This document shows, in pieces, positions 1 to 14,207 of a stretch of DNA of 64,000 nucleotides. The stretch is from Eledone cirrhosa (taxonomy: Eukaryota): contig OZ024752.1 of the NCBI GenBank assembly GCA_964016885.1, positions 44,330,001 through 44,394,000 of the forward strand. Reading direction: 5' to 3'. Numbering within the stretch: the first letter of the stretch is position 1; each line of letters starts with the position of its first letter. The notes under the pieces were generated by a model. It saw nothing but the letters and a program-made list of their open reading frames with translations. It had not been told where the DNA came from and made no database searches. The position numbers were made by a program, and so were the translations under genes.

Positions 1-1169
1 GAAATAAGCTGCTAAATAAGCCAGCTGAAATATATTGTTATTACTAAGAGGTTACCTATATATATATTAGCAGTGAAAGAGAGCAAATAGTCTGCTAGTT
101 TGACTGTTAAAGAATAATGGTATCTTGTCTGATTCTTAAACCTTCTACATGAAAAATGCGGCTGTATTGACAATGAAGCCAAACACTTTGCTAGCAGGAT
201 TAAAGTCAATAATACTGAAAGTAATTTTAAATCAAGATAAATCGAGAATTCTGCTCCAAGGTGAAAGTCTTTATGTATGATCTGCAAAGTTTTCATTAAA
301 AAACTGACTGTTACAAGATTAAAAGGAATGATAGATACTCTAAGTTAGCTACTAATTAAAATATATCTTAGCTTCTTTAGTTTTCTGATAAGTTTAGACA
401 TAATTTATTAGAGTTTTATAATACCAGACCTGATGTTTTCTGGAATAGACTTACATAATAGTTATTAATTATAGTTTTGATGTAAAACAATTTATATTTG
501 GTTTTGTATCGTTGAGTTCTACTACTACTAAAGTTCTTTTTCATATTTTCCAATACACAAATATCAGGTCTTGGCATGCTACGGGGACTCATGAAGCCTG
601 TGTTCCCATATCTGTCAGATTATGTACATGAGAGATATATCTCCTCTTTGAAGTTTCCTCTGTTACATGGAACATTCCGTATAAATCAAGTACATATTTT
701 GAGATAAACTGGGGTGTGTAAAATATAGTATCCTCTCTAGAAATACAACAAAATACCATCAGAAAATATGAGCATATTTAGTTATTAGCTCTACAATTTT
801 ACTTCCTTTTAAGGAAGTGACTTTGTTATATTTCAGGAAGATTCTGTCTCACTTGTTTTTATGTCATTAGTAATCTTAAGTTTTAACCCTACATATACTA
901 TTATATTAAATATACTCCAATGGTCTCTCTTTTAATTTAGTTGGTACACTACGTCGAGCTTCTCGTGGTTTATGGGACAGTGTTATGTTTCATACAGTGA
1001 TAAAGAGTCGAGGAAGGATACCAGCCAGTGATGGTTTCATTGCTCGGAGGGTTGCCGGTCCTGGGCTTGCATCCAATTACTTTTTTCAAGTAAGTATTAA
1101 GTTTTATTTTCACTGTCTTACATAGTCTGTTGAGATTGGGATTGTTGTTATTGTTTAGTCTAAGGTCAG

Positions 1170-1285
1170 CTTGGTTGCTACAGCTGGATACCCTTCCTAA
1201 CGCCATCTACATTTACAGGGTGGACTGGGTGCTTCTTATCGTGTCACCAAAACGATCACTTTACAGGGTGGACTGGGTGCTGGTT
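1170..1285 (-). mobile_element. SINE body fragment (family with an (ATG)n/(CAT)n tail)
   Basis: ctacagctggatacccttcctaacgcca...tttacagggtggactgggtgct is the reverse complement of the core seen at 34560-34620 and 40740-40795. The internal unit is duplicated. Confidence 0.7.
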
Positions 1286-1459
1286 CAGACGTTTACTTTC
1301 TATCAATGAGGTTCAGTGTTCAATCCCACTATTCCACAATGTGCCACCTTCAGTAAATATATTCCACCTTAACCGAGGTTTCATAAATTCCTTCTCTGTG
1401 AAAGATAGACCGATGTCTTGTGATGTTTGTTGTCGTGTCTTGATATATATTGACATTAC

Positions 1460-1961
1460 ATTGACCGCCTGGAAACTGTTCAGAGACGTGCAACCAAGCG
1501 AATACCCTCCATCAGGCATCTACCATACTCTGAGCGCCTTGCTTCCCTGGGCATGGATTCATTGAAGCTCCGACGCCTGGCAACTGACTTGGTAAACACC
1601 CACAAAATTGTTAACCATGTTGCCAACAACAACCCTGAGTGCCTTTTCGATTTCCATGTGTCTAACACACGTGGACATGCCCACAAAGTAAGAAAACAGC
1701 ACAGTTCCCATGACTTTCGGAAACATTTTTTCACGCTCAGAGTTGCTGAAGCATGGAACAAACTACCTGCATCAGTTGTTAGCTGTCGAGACACTGCATC
1801 CTTTAAGGCCTCCATGCTTCCCGAGATCCGCTAACACTACAGCTAACACATACAAATATGTACTTCCCTGGCATTTGTGTATTATTCTATGTACTATATT
1901 GACGAGTTGTAGTGCACCTGAGCACTTTACACAATAATTTCATTATTATTATTATTATTAT
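1460..1961 (+). mobile_element. 5'-truncated CR1/L2-type LINE: ORF2 C-terminus, 3' UTR and (ATT)n tail
   Basis: Uninterrupted frame 1460-1834 reads IDRLETVQRRATKRIPSIRHLPYSERLASLGMDSLKLRRLATDLVNTHKI...TRGHAHK...RKHFFTLRVAEAWNKLP...FK. This matches the post-RT motifs of CR1/L2-clade ORF2 (LExVQRRATK, YxERL, RRxxxDL, TRGH, FFxxRVxxxWNxLP). About 105 bp of UTR and an (ATT)n tail at 1942-1961 follow. Confidence 0.9.
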
Positions 1962-1985
1962 AGAGTGAATCAGTGTTGTTCACAA

Positions 1986-2147
1986 GATGATGGTGATAAT
2001 GATGATGATGGCGATGTTAATGTTAATGTTGATGATGGTGATGTTAATGTTGATAATGGTGATGATGTTAATGTTGATAATGGTGATAATGATGGTGATG
2101 TTAATGTTGATAATGATGATAGTAATGATGATGATGATGGTGATGAT
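1986..2147. repeat. (GAT/AAT/GTT) trinucleotide microsatellite
   Basis: Directly visible gatgatggtgataat/gttaat repeats. Confidence 0.9.
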
Positions 2148-2169
2148 TTTTTTTTCAATTTTTACCTAG

Positions 2170-2282
2170 ATTAAACCTGAACAGTCTTTGGCTGCCATTG
2201 AAGCCAAACTGGAATTTGATGAGCTAGAAGCTTGGAAGAATAATGTTTTAAAAGTAATCGAATACCCTGAAGAAGAATACAG
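2170..2282 (+). CDS. Probable internal coding exon of an unidentified plus-strand gene (IKPEQSLAAIEAKLEFDELEAWKNNVLKVIEYPEEEY)
   Basis: Pyrimidine-rich acceptor ttttttttcaatttttacctag|, a 113-nt open frame with protein-like composition, and donor cag|gtatgt. Phase 0 in, phase 2 out. Protein family not recognised. Confidence 0.7.
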
Positions 2283-3714
2283 GTATGTTAGTTTAAATAT
2301 CATCATTACTGAGACATGATATATCTCAGATCAACTCTAGTAGACCAGTGATGATATTCCAACTGTGAACAGAGTCGATCTGAGACATGATATATCTCAG
2401 ATCATATTATTTTATGTATTGTTCCGTTTTAAAGATGGTTGAGTATGATTTTGATTGAGATAAGACTATTATTTTTAGCATCTACATAACACCTTCCTTT
2501 GTTGATTTGACTATATTGAAGTTAAGTGTAATGATGTTGAAGTACCAGTCAAGTACTGGGGGTCAATTCTTCCTCTATATCTCTTTCTCACTTCCTTTCT
2601 ATCACTCTCACTATCCTTCCAAATTGAAGCTAACTCAATATTATAAAGGGATGACACTCTTTTTATTACCTCTGTCTCTTATATTAACAGTTTACATGAA
2701 GTTACCTGCATATTCTCTTTAAAGTTATCTTAAGAAAGATCTGTTATTTTTATTATTAGTTGATGAAATATGTTTGTAGTTGAAGAAAGGTGACCTTCTT
2801 GTTGAAATACATTGATTTCCTTTACAGCTTAGTTGGAGTTTGATTAAGAATTGGAAAATGTCACTTTTTTCCTGACTTTCTCTTTTAAATGAAAGAGACA
2901 TGATAGATCGATGGACAGTAAAAACAAAATAATGTTCTATAATTTAGCCATAGCTGAAGTTTCTTTTAACTGTTCTTTGTTATTCTGCTGTTAGATTATT
3001 TCTGTTCTTCACTGTAAGAGGTTAATTTCCTGTCATAGGAGAAATCTTAACATATTTTTATATTTTTCCTCATCTTAATTGAGAGGGAAACTCAGTATTT
3101 TTAAACTGAGTTTCTCCAGCATCAGATTCTTGACAATGCCTAAGGGTGTTGGCAGATTTGGAAAACTAATGTAAAATAAGTTTGGAAAAGGTTAAACTAT
3201 AAATTAGGAAAATCCTTCTAAAGTTCTGCAGAGGATTTTTTTATACTTCTTCTTCTTCTTGAGTCAGCCTCCATCAAAGATGTGGTTGTTTTTTTTTTTT
3301 CCACTTTATCTAATGGCTAGAATATATGTGGTTTACCACACCTGCATATTCATAGATTTCTCTGTTAATTGGAGCAGTTGTGTCAACCCATTGTTAAATT
3401 AATAGTCGATCATCTTCTAAGCCACTGGTATACATTAGATAACGAGTTGGTTGCCATGACAGTTGAAGTACCTTGGTAATTAAATCACTGTAACATATCC
3501 TACGGTATATAATGTTACATAACTGATCAGCAATGAAAAGGTGTAAAGAAAATATTATTATAAGGTTGGAGGATCTGAGAGGAGAAGTTGTGACTGAAGG
3601 AAAGTAAACAGTAAAAATAACTGAAAAGATAGCTGCTAGTCTATTAACTGACAGCTACATGTCTTGCTGGTGCTCTCAACATAGCCATGATGTGTTGTCA
3701 TTATAGATTTTACC

Positions 3715-3950
3715 GCCATCACCATCACCACCACCGTCATTACCTCCATCATCATCATTGGTTAACATCCATCTTCTATGCTAGCATAGGTTGGATGGGA
3801 CATCACAAACCAAATCAGCACTCAGTGAGCTGGGCCCCGGGGTTGCATCTTTCTTACATACATGCCTATATTCTACTGAGTGTACAGGATGTATTTTATT
3901 GTGGCACCACCACTAGGGAAGTTGTTGTTTCTTTGACACAACAGTCCTCT
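3715..3950 (-). mobile_element. Diverged SINE copy, (CAT)n-tail family
   Basis: catcatcattggttaacatccatcttctatgctagcataggttggatggg matches the family tail at 40860-40908 in reverse and the copies at 21720, 36630 and 58280. Confidence 0.55.
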
Positions 3951-5479
3951 GAACCCTATGTTAGGCCATTTTTCTTGTTACCAACCTCTTTTACAGACTC
4001 TACTTCCTGTATTTTATCATGGCACTGTTAACCATTCAGTTATTTGTAATAGTTATTTGTAATAGTTTCATCTCATTTTCTTTATACACTCACATGTCAC
4101 TGACATAGGAGAGTATATATTCAGCTTCTGTAGAATAAAAATGTTATTTTGATAGACCTCTTTATAAAATAAGGTCTAATGTTGTGTTGGTGAACAAGCT
4201 AATTAATGACATTGTGTAAAAATTGGAGTAAAAAAACAAGATTAATCATAATTTATTGACCACTTTCTATAGATAATTGCCAGTATTTTGTGAAAAGATT
4301 GTTCAGCTTGTATTATACAAAAGACTATACAGTAAATTCACACAATAACATCAATTTTGTTATAATCTGTATATTGTTAAATATTCTTTCAGTAAAATAG
4401 TGTCAAGTTGTTAGATAAAATGAAATCCTAATACCATTGAGAACCCTCAGAGGGAAATTCTAATTTCTTGACAATGTTCTTTCACATGTGTCTTTTAATA
4501 AATTCCCAGACTTGTTTTAAATAATGAAGAAACTCCAATTTCAATGAGTAATCAATGTATTGTTATATTTGCCTGAAAGCCTCTTCTAAATAAACATACC
4601 TATAATAATTTTTGTGAAATAAACCATATGCTCTATTTTAGAAATTGTCACATATTGAAAATATCTTCATTACAGCCAATTCTGGCTATTGTCCTTTAAA
4701 AATATTATATTAACCCTTTATTTTATTAGTTTTCTCCTTAGACAGGGGCTCAGTTATATAAATATTAGAACAATTTTTTTATCATCTGTCTAATGTATAT
4801 TTAGGGAAGCTTAATGTATATTTAAGGGAGGGCAGATCATGTTTTATTCATGTCTTCTCCCCTTCCCTTATATTTTTATCATATTTTCCCTATCCCCTAA
4901 ATTCCTCTCTGAATGTTTGATGGGTTTTTTTTTTTTGTCCCTGTGTGTTCACAGTTTTCTATTTTATTCCTTATTTTTCTTTTGTCAGTCTCGGTGAAGT
5001 AGGGAGATGGGTAAGGATGGAACAGAGAAAGTAAACATCTAATAATTATTGGAAAAGATTATGATAGACAATAAATAAATTGCTAAATATAAATACCATA
5101 AAATAAACAGAATTATCAAAATATTATTTCAGTTAAGAATAAAATTACTCAATGGGGAATGTGAGTGTAGAAAAACAAAACAAATGTGTATTCTTCCCCT
5201 GGTTAATAAGGTAAATGTTTTAAATATTTTGGTGCTTTATCCTCACCACCACCCCGTGGTAATATTAGGAGCGTGTTGGCTTGCCTCAAAATATTCTGTT
5301 GACCCTTATATGATATGTGACACTTGGTGGTCAATTGATGGTCGTTTTGGGGTTTGGCTTTCTTTCCTCTTTTTTCTTTTTTTTTCTTTCTCTCTGGTCC
5401 TATATTTTGGTGTTTTGTTTGTGAGGTTCCTAGCAATGGTTGGCTGTACTTGTTATATATGTTTTATTTGTAAGGTTCC

Positions 5480-5515
<36 letters not shown>

Positions 5516-5787
5516 GCAGAAGATATATGTTGTATGTATGTATATATGTATATATGTATATATGTATATATGTATATATGTATATATGTATATATGTATA
5601 TATGTATATATGTATATATATGTATATGTGTATATATGTATATATGTATATGTATATATATGTATATGTGTATATATGTATATGTAAATATGTATATGTA
5701 TATATATATATGTATATATATATGTATATATATATATATATGTATATATGTATATATGTATATATGTGTATATGTATATATGTATAT
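5480..5787. repeat. (TA)n/(TATG)n microsatellite
   Basis: Directly visible. Confidence 0.95.
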
Positions 5788-6383
5788 GCTACTGCTACTG
5801 GTAACATGTATCCCAGTACAACCTGTCTCATGGTCGGGTCGTTGGCGACTAAACTGGCAACCCCACCAAGGTTTCTTGGTGAGGAGGGTGACTTTGGACA
5901 TCCTGCAGGACTAAAAACAAAACCTGTCGAAGGGCAAAGGAGCTCTTAAGAGTCAATGGCCATCCAAAATCACTGGGAGAGATGACCCCTTAGCCTTTGT
6001 CAAGGCAGAATTCTAAGAGAAGGAAAACTCTGATATAACACCTGCAACCCTGATGGTATCCAATGATGTTGACTTGTTCTTCTTTTTGGTAAATATCATC
6101 TTGGTTAAGAGAGTGGGACTGGCTTTGTGCAGTGCCTTTGCTCACTATAAAAGCTTCACGGCACAGGCATTGCTTTATATCTGGAGATCTCTCTGAACTT
6201 GTCGTCACATGGTACCATGGGCCCAGCTCTATGTGTCAATAATTGTCACAAGTGTAGTGTTTGTACCAGAGTTTTCAAGTCGCTGGCTGGACTAAAAAGT
6301 CACACTCGTTCAGCGCATCGGTAGGGGTTCTCCTACATGGATATAAAGTAGTGGCCGTACTCGAAAACGAGTTGGCAGCCACC
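5788..6383 (+). mobile_element. Non-autonomous RTE-derived retroelement, copy 1
   Basis: About 595 bp, near-identical to 6520-7126. The 3' part encodes [27 protein letters not shown] (6241-6324), a C2H2 finger of the kind that ends RTE-clade ORF2. The 5' part contains gagaaggaaaactctga, which resembles RTE 5' UTRs. No RT or endonuclease is present. Confidence 0.7.
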
Positions 6384-6481
6384 ATATGTATATATATGTA
6401 TATATATGTATATGTATATATATGTATATGTATGTATATGTGTATATATGTATATGTATATGTATATATGTATATGTATAT

Positions 6482-6515
<34 letters not shown>

Positions 6516-6519
6516 ATAT

Positions 6520-7126
6520 GTCAGGTCACCAGTTGGTGCTACTGGTAACATGTATTCCAGTACAACCTGTCTCATGGTCGGGTCGTTGGCACTAAACTGG
6601 CAACCCCACCAAGGTTTCTTGGTGAGGAGGGTGACTTTGGACATCCTGCAGGACTAAAAACAAAACCTGTCAAAGGGCAAAGGAGCTCTTAAGAGTCAAT
6701 GGCCATCCAAATTCACCAGGAGAGATGACCCCTTAGCCTTTGTCAAGGCAGAATTCTAGGAGAAGGAAAACTCTGATATAACACCTGCAACCCTGATGGT
6801 ATCCAATGATGTTGACTTGTTCTTCTTTTTGGTAAATATCATCTTGGTTAAGAGAGTGGGACTGGCTTTGTGCAGTGCCTTTGCTCACTATAAAAGCTTC
6901 ACAGCACAGGCATTGCTTTATATCTGGAAATCTCTCTGCACTTGTCGTCACATGGTACCAGGGGCCCTGCACTATGTGTCAATAATTGTCACAAGTGTAG
7001 TGTTTGTACCAGAGTTTTCAAGTTGCTGGCTGGACTAAAAAGTCACACTCGTTCAGCGCATCGGTAGGGGTTCTCCTACATGGATACAAAGTAGTGGCCG
7101 TACTCGAAAATGAGTTGGCAGCCACC
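6520..7126 (+). mobile_element. Non-autonomous RTE-derived retroelement, copy 2
   Basis: Direct repeat of 5788-6383 with scattered substitutions and a slightly longer 5' end. The same zinc-finger remnant lies at 6984-7067, and the copy ends gcagccacc directly into (AT)n. Confidence 0.7.
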
Positions 7127-7589
7127 ATATATATATGTATATATATGTATATGTATATATATATGTATATGTATATATGTATATGTGTATATATATGTAT
7201 ATGTATATATATATATGTATATATGTATATGTATATATGTATATATATATGTGTATATGTATATATGTATATATATATGTGTATATATATATGTATATAT
7301 ATATATGTATATGTATATATATATGTATATATATATATATGTATATGTATATATATATGTATATATATGTATATGTATATATATATGTATATATATGTAT
7401 ATGTATATATATATGTATATATATATGTATATATATATGTGTATATATATGTGTATATATATGTGTATATATATGTGTATATATATATATATATGTATAT
7501 ATATATGTATATATATATGTATATATATATATATATGTATATATATATGTATATATATATATATGTATATATATATGTATATATATATG

Positions 7590-7656
<67 letters not shown>

Positions 7657-7843
7657 GTATATATATATGTATATATATATTTATATATATGTATATATAT
7701 GTATATATATGTATATATATATGTATATGTATATATATATATGTATATATATATATGTATATATATATATGTATATATATATATGTATATATATATATGT
7801 ATATATATATATATGTATATATATATATGTATATATATATATG

Positions 7844-7877
<34 letters not shown>

Positions 7878-8271
7878 TATGTATATGTATATATATATAT
7901 GTATATATATATATGTATATATATATATGTATATATATATATGTATATATGTATATGTATATATATATATGTATATGTATATATGTATATGTATATGTAT
8001 ATATGTATATGTATATATATATATGTATATATATATATGTATATATATATATGTATATATATATATGTATATATATATATGTATATGTATATATGTATAT
8101 GTATATATATATATGTATATATATATGTATATGTATATATATATATGTATATATATATGTATATGTATATATGTATATGTATATATATATATATGTATAT
8201 GTATATATGTATATGTATATATGTATATGTATATATATATATGTATATATATATATGTATATATATATATG

Positions 8272-8344
<73 letters not shown>

Positions 8345-8403
8345 GTATATGTATATATATATATGTATATATATATGTATATATATATATGTATATATAT
8401 ATG

Positions 8404-8434
<31 letters not shown>

Positions 8435-8441
8435 GTATATA

Positions 8442-8490
<49 letters not shown>

Positions 8491-8519
8491 GTATATATAT
8501 ATATGTATATATATATATG

Positions 8520-8572
<53 letters not shown>

Positions 8573-9211
8573 GTATATGTATATATGTATATATATATGT
8601 ATATATATATGTATATGTATATATATATATATGTATATATATATGTATATATATATATATGTATATATATATGTATATATGTATATGTATATATATTTGT
8701 ATATGTATATATATTTGTATATGTATATATATATATATATGTATATATGTATATATATATGTATATATATATATGTATATATATATGTATATATATATAT
8801 GTATATATATATGTATATGTATATATATATGTATATATATATATGTATATATATATGTATATATATATATGTATATATGTATATATATATGTATATGTAT
8901 ATATATATGTATATATATATATGTATATATATATGTATATATATATATGTATATATGTATATATATATGTATATATGTATATATATATGTATATATATAT
9001 GTATATATATATGTATATATATATGTATATATGTATATATGTATATGTATATATATATGTATGTGTATATGTATATATATATGTATATGTGTATATGTAT
9101 ATATATATGTATGTGTATATATATATGTATATGTATATATATATGTATATGTATATATATATGTATATGTAGATGTATATGTATATATATATATATATGT
9201 ATATGTAGATG

Positions 9212-9257
<46 letters not shown>

Positions 9258-9270
9258 TATATATATATAT
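7127..9270. repeat. About 2.1-kb (TA)n/(TATG)n microsatellite
   Basis: Directly visible. It is the source of the three 720-732 aa Y/I/M/V/C pseudo-ORFs. Confidence 0.97.
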
Positions 9271-9448
9271 AGGAAAAGTGTCAGGACCCCAACAGCTGAG
9301 CTCCAGCCATTTCAGCAGCTAGATCTGAACTAAGCCACCAGTATGGCTGGAGCTCTGCCGTCGGGGTCCTGTCTCTTTTCCTATTACCCACTCTACTACC
9401 CTAAGTATCGAGTACTCTGGTGCATTATGGTCCACCTAGTTTCTTTGT
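9271..9448 (+). mobile_element. Fold-back plus tail element in (TA)n, family A (candidate Penelope-like pLTR miniature)
   Basis: Imperfect 40-bp inverted arms at 9271-9310 and 9343-9382, then an unpaired tail (attacccactctactaccctaagtatcgagtac...) shared with 34294-34494. (TA)n on both sides. Confidence 0.7.
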
Positions 9449-9481
<33 letters not shown>

Positions 9482-9660
9482 TAAACTTTCAGATGGAAAT
9501 TTTCCTTGACTGTCATATTTAGAGACTCTGTAGGAAGTAAAGTAATTCTGTCTTGATGTTATATTGGACTATTTTATATCTAGATAGAATTATTACTTTG
9601 AACACTTCATACCAGCTTACTGAAAACTCTCATCAATAATAGTCTGAAGTTTTACATCAT

Positions 9661-9716
9661 CTCACTCTCTCTCATTCTCTCTCATTCTCTCACACACACA
9701 CTTTCTCACACACACA

Positions 9717-9781
<65 letters not shown>

Positions 9782-10460
9782 ATTCTCTCTCTCACTCTCT
9801 CTCTTTCATTCTCTCTCTCACTCTCTCTCTCTCACACTCTCTCACACACTCTCTCTCTCTCTCACACTCTCTCACACACTCTCTCTCTCACTCACACTCT
9901 CTCTCACTCTCACACTCTCTCACACACTCTCTCTCTCACTCACACTCTCTCTCATTCTCTCACACTCTCTCTCACACACACTCTCTCTCTCATTCTCTCT
10001 CACTCTCTCTCATTCTCTCTCACTCTCACTCATTCTCTCTCACTCTCTCTCACTCATTCTCTCTCTCTCTCTCTCTCACTCATTATCTCTCTCTCTCGTT
10101 CATTCTCTCTCTCACTCTCTCACACTCTCTCACTCTCACATTCTCTCACACACTCTCTCTCTCACTCACACTCTCTCTCACTCACACTCTCTCTCACTCT
10201 CACACTCTCTCACACACTCTCTCTCTCACTCACACTCTCTCTCATTCTCTCTCACACTCTCTCTCACACACTCTCTCTCATTCTCTCTCACTCTCTCTCA
10301 TTCTCTCTCACTCTCTCTCACTCATTCTCTCTCTCTCTCTCTCTCACTCATTCTCTCTCTCTCTCTCTCATTCTCTCTCTCTCTCTCTCTCATTCTCATT
10401 CTCTCTCTGACACACGCTCTCTCTCTGTCACTCTCTCTCTCTCTCACTCACTCCCTCCCT
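9661..10460. repeat. (CT)n/(CA)n compound microsatellite
   Basis: Directly visible. Confidence 0.95.
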
Positions 10461-10596
10461 ATCCCACTCCCCCTCCTCTATTAATGTCATATATCCAGTC
10501 ACTGATCTTCACATTTGTTCAAAGACATCCAGACATTTACTATTAAATGTCACTTTTACTGAACTGTTTAGCTGAGGACTTCTAAATTACTTCTTT

Positions 10597-10688
10597 ACAC
10601 ACACACGCACACGCACACGCACACGCATATATACACATACATACACACACACACACACATACACACATACATATATATATATACACAC

Positions 10689-10719
<31 letters not shown>

Positions 10720-10875
10720 CACACACATACATATATACACATACACACACACACATACATATATGCACATACACACACACACACACATACATATATACAC
10801 ATACACATACATACATATATACACATACACATATACATATACACATACACATACATATATACATACACACGCATA
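10597..10875. repeat. (CA)n/(TA)n compound microsatellite
   Basis: Directly visible. Confidence 0.95.
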
Positions 10876-11177
10876 CCCCCCTTAAACTACATCCAATCAC
10901 TTAAAAAGAAATCTTTTTGAATTTTCAAATTGAATAATTAATTAAATTTAGTGAAAATGTTGTTTTGTGAAAGTTTTATTGTGATTTTATGTTTGAATGG
11001 TTTCTTAATTTAATTGAAACTCCTGAAAGGGAACAGTTTAAATATCTCCCTGTTAAACCCTGAAAAAAGGGAGCTGGGGATTTAATGAAACTTGTGATGG
11101 AATAACTGGGCATTTAGACCCCTAAATTCACTGATCTCTTTTGTTGTTGTTTTAAGTACGTGTTCGGTAATTACCAA

Positions 11178-11278
11178 ACATACACACACACACACACACA
11201 CATACACACACAATCAACACACACACACCAACACACACATACACACTAACACACACACACCAACACACACATACACAC

Positions 11279-11352
<74 letters not shown>

Positions 11353-11400
11353 ATACTAACACACACACATACACACACCAACACACCAACACACACCCTC
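11178..11400. repeat. (CA)n microsatellite
   Basis: Directly visible. Confidence 0.95.
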
Positions 11401-12363
11401 ACAAACTCTGTTTTCCTTCTGTGCCATCATGTTTTTTCTTGATATAAACCCTTTGTGGTTAATAAAGAAATTATCATCTTCATTGTTGTTGTTGTTTGGT
11501 ATCCATGTTGTTGTTGCTGTTGTTGTTGCTGTTGTTGTTGTAATATAACACCTTAAACTCCTCTAAAATGTTGTTGTTGCTGTTGTTGTTGTAATATAAC
11601 ACCTTAAACTCCTCTAAAATGAGTTCAACTCAATATTTATCTCCTTAAATCAACAAAAACTTTAGATTGTTTTAAGATTCTTTGGTAATTGAAGAATTTA
11701 AATATCTAATTAAATAGAGACAAGTCTGGCTAAACTAGTGGGGCCATGTTTAATTGGTTTCTCAAGGTTTCCTCTGTGTCATTGTTGTCTCACTGTTGTG
11801 ACATTATGTTGTTGTTGGTGCTGGTGTTGTTGTTGTTGTGTATTTAAAAAAAATCTTTGATCATATTTTTATTTGATTTCCTCTACTTGAAAGATGTTAG
11901 GTAAATTAGCTTTGAGATATTCCTCATTATCTTAAACAGAAGACAGTGTATATATTGTAATAGTGTAGGGAATGGAAGGAGGAGAAGGCAGCACTCTCTC
12001 CATTGAAGTTTTAATATAATGCTGGTTAATTAACAGTGGGGTGTCACCACTGTCTCTTGTGAATCAAAACTGATTCATGCTGGGTTGGATTAGAATAGAA
12101 AACATTTTTTAAAGATCTCTATTTTCGAATTGGAATAAATTAGTTTTAATTTCTATCATATATTTTGTTGATTTTGTTTCAGTTTATTATAAGTTTTCAC
12201 TTCTATATCTCACAACCACCATTACGTACTGATGGTTGTAGTATGTAAATTTAGAGCTTATGAAGAGAGAAGATCAAAACATGTTTTTCCATTTGTAACT
12301 AAAAATTATATGCACAAACATGTTGAGGATCTCATCTCGTGTTTTAGAATGTAAATGTTTGTC

Positions 12364-12559
12364 TTAACCCTTTAGCATTTAAACAAGCTGTATCTAACCA
12401 GAATTCTATCACCTCTTTCTGTTCAAACCAGCTGTAACTGGCCACTCATACTGATGTTAAGGTGTTGTTTTCAAAATAAATAATATCAAAACCTCATAGA
12501 TTCAATATTATGTGAGCTACAACAGTATATATAGAGAAATGTAAATGCTAAAGGGTTAA
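12364..12559 (+). mobile_element. piggyBac-type MITE (TTAA target duplication, CCC...GGG termini)
   Basis: TTAA|ccctttagcattta ... taaatgctaaaggg|TTAA gives 14-bp perfect TIRs around a 188-bp body. Homologous to copies at 15445, 32177, 37560, 54657 and 57141. Confidence 0.85.
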
Positions 12560-13041
12560 AGTCACTTTCAACAAAATCATAAATTTATGAGAACTTACCA
12601 TAAATAAGTTTCTGGTATATGTAGACATAATAAGTATTCTCCATTTACCAATACTCATCAAATATTCTACATTTGTGTCTGAGCATATTTTTTCCTCTTT
12701 TACTTTATCATGTGATATAAAATACTCCTAGAACTTTACATTTTAAAACAATTCCTAACACACTCCTAAAATTCTAAAATGTCATATAAACTTTTTTTTT
12801 CTTTCTATTTTATTTCGAAACCTTTCAGTTAAATAAGAGACTTTCCGACACTCTTTCTACATATCTTTTTTTTTTAATTGTGTTGTTTTTTAATTATGTT
12901 TTTTATTATTATTTATTTGCATTCCAACCGAGGCCATGCTGGGGCACCGCCACTGATTATGGCAGGCTTTTGTTTTAATCACACAAAACTGTCTTGGAAA
13001 AATTAATTGCCTTTCATTTTATTTCTTCTTCAACTGGCTCC

Positions 13042-13123
13042 TAACGGTATTTACAGTACACACCACCCTATACATATATATATATATATATATATTGGCT
13101 GATGTGTACTGTAAATACTGTTA
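13042..13123. repeat. Small inverted repeat enclosing a (TA)n tract (possible TA-flanked MITE remnant)
   Basis: taacggtatttacagtacaca / tgtgtactgtaaatactgtta: 21-bp arms with one mismatch. Confidence 0.55.
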
Positions 13124-13456
13124 TATATATATACATACATATATATACATATATATATATATATATATTAAAAACATTCATTTCGTATTGACAAGGGATT
13201 CTTATGTGAAAACAATTATTGTTGTTGCCGCCATTATGTTGTAAATGGCATTGTTATATTGTTAGACAGAAAACCATCCACCTTCCAGTAACACCCATAA
13301 ATCTTATACATTTGACAGCCATTTCTGGAGTTCAATAAATTCTTGCAGTCAATGAGAAATTTCTCCTGTCTTGAGTAGGCTTTTAAGTTTCTGCATTTCA
13401 AGTTGGATTCTTACAGGATATTTTACAGCTTTCCTTTCTGTTTTGTTTATTTCCCC

Positions 13457-13752
13457 CACCACACTACACCACACTACACCACACTACACTACACCACACC
13501 ACACTACACTACACCACACTACACCACACTACACCACACTACACTACACCACACCACACTACACTACACCACACTACACCACACTACACCACACTACACC
13601 ACACCACACCACACCACACTACACTACACTACGCCACGCCACGCCACGCCACACCACACCACACCACACTACACTACACTACACTACACTACACTACACT
13701 ACACTACACTACACTACACTACACCACACTACACTACACTACACCACACCAC
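13457..13752. repeat. (ACACT/ACACC)n pentanucleotide microsatellite
   Basis: Directly visible. Confidence 0.95.
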
Positions 13753-14207
13753 TTCTGGTAATAGTAACTTGGAAATGAATTCAAGAAGTACTTAACTCTA
13801 TGAAATATGTTATTGACATACTAGCTAATAAGCTAGCTGGGCACAACTTGTCATCATTTCAATTTTCCTTACTCTTATATATTGCTGTCACTGAAGAAGG
13901 AATAATTTCTTTTGTACAAATACGAGAGTTAGTCAATTTTATGCAATTCAAGGAAAAAAAAAGAAAACCTGCATCTCCAAACATGAATGTAATGGTGAGA
14001 TTATATCTAGAATATTTAGGAATGGCAAATAGCTAGACTGCTTTCAACATAAATTGGATATCTTACTTCTGTTTGACACAAATGATTCTGTAATATCTTA
14101 CCATTTCTAGTTTCTGGTTTTATTGATCAACTCTCTCTCTCTCTCTGGTTTTTTTCTTTCTTTCTTTTTCTGTTTAATAACCTGTTATTTTCCCCTTTGC
14201 TCGGCAG

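Noticed and set aside
7004-9333. Three 720-732 aa ORFs
   Set aside because: They are translations of a (TA)/(TATG) microsatellite that lacks stop codons. There is no coding signal.
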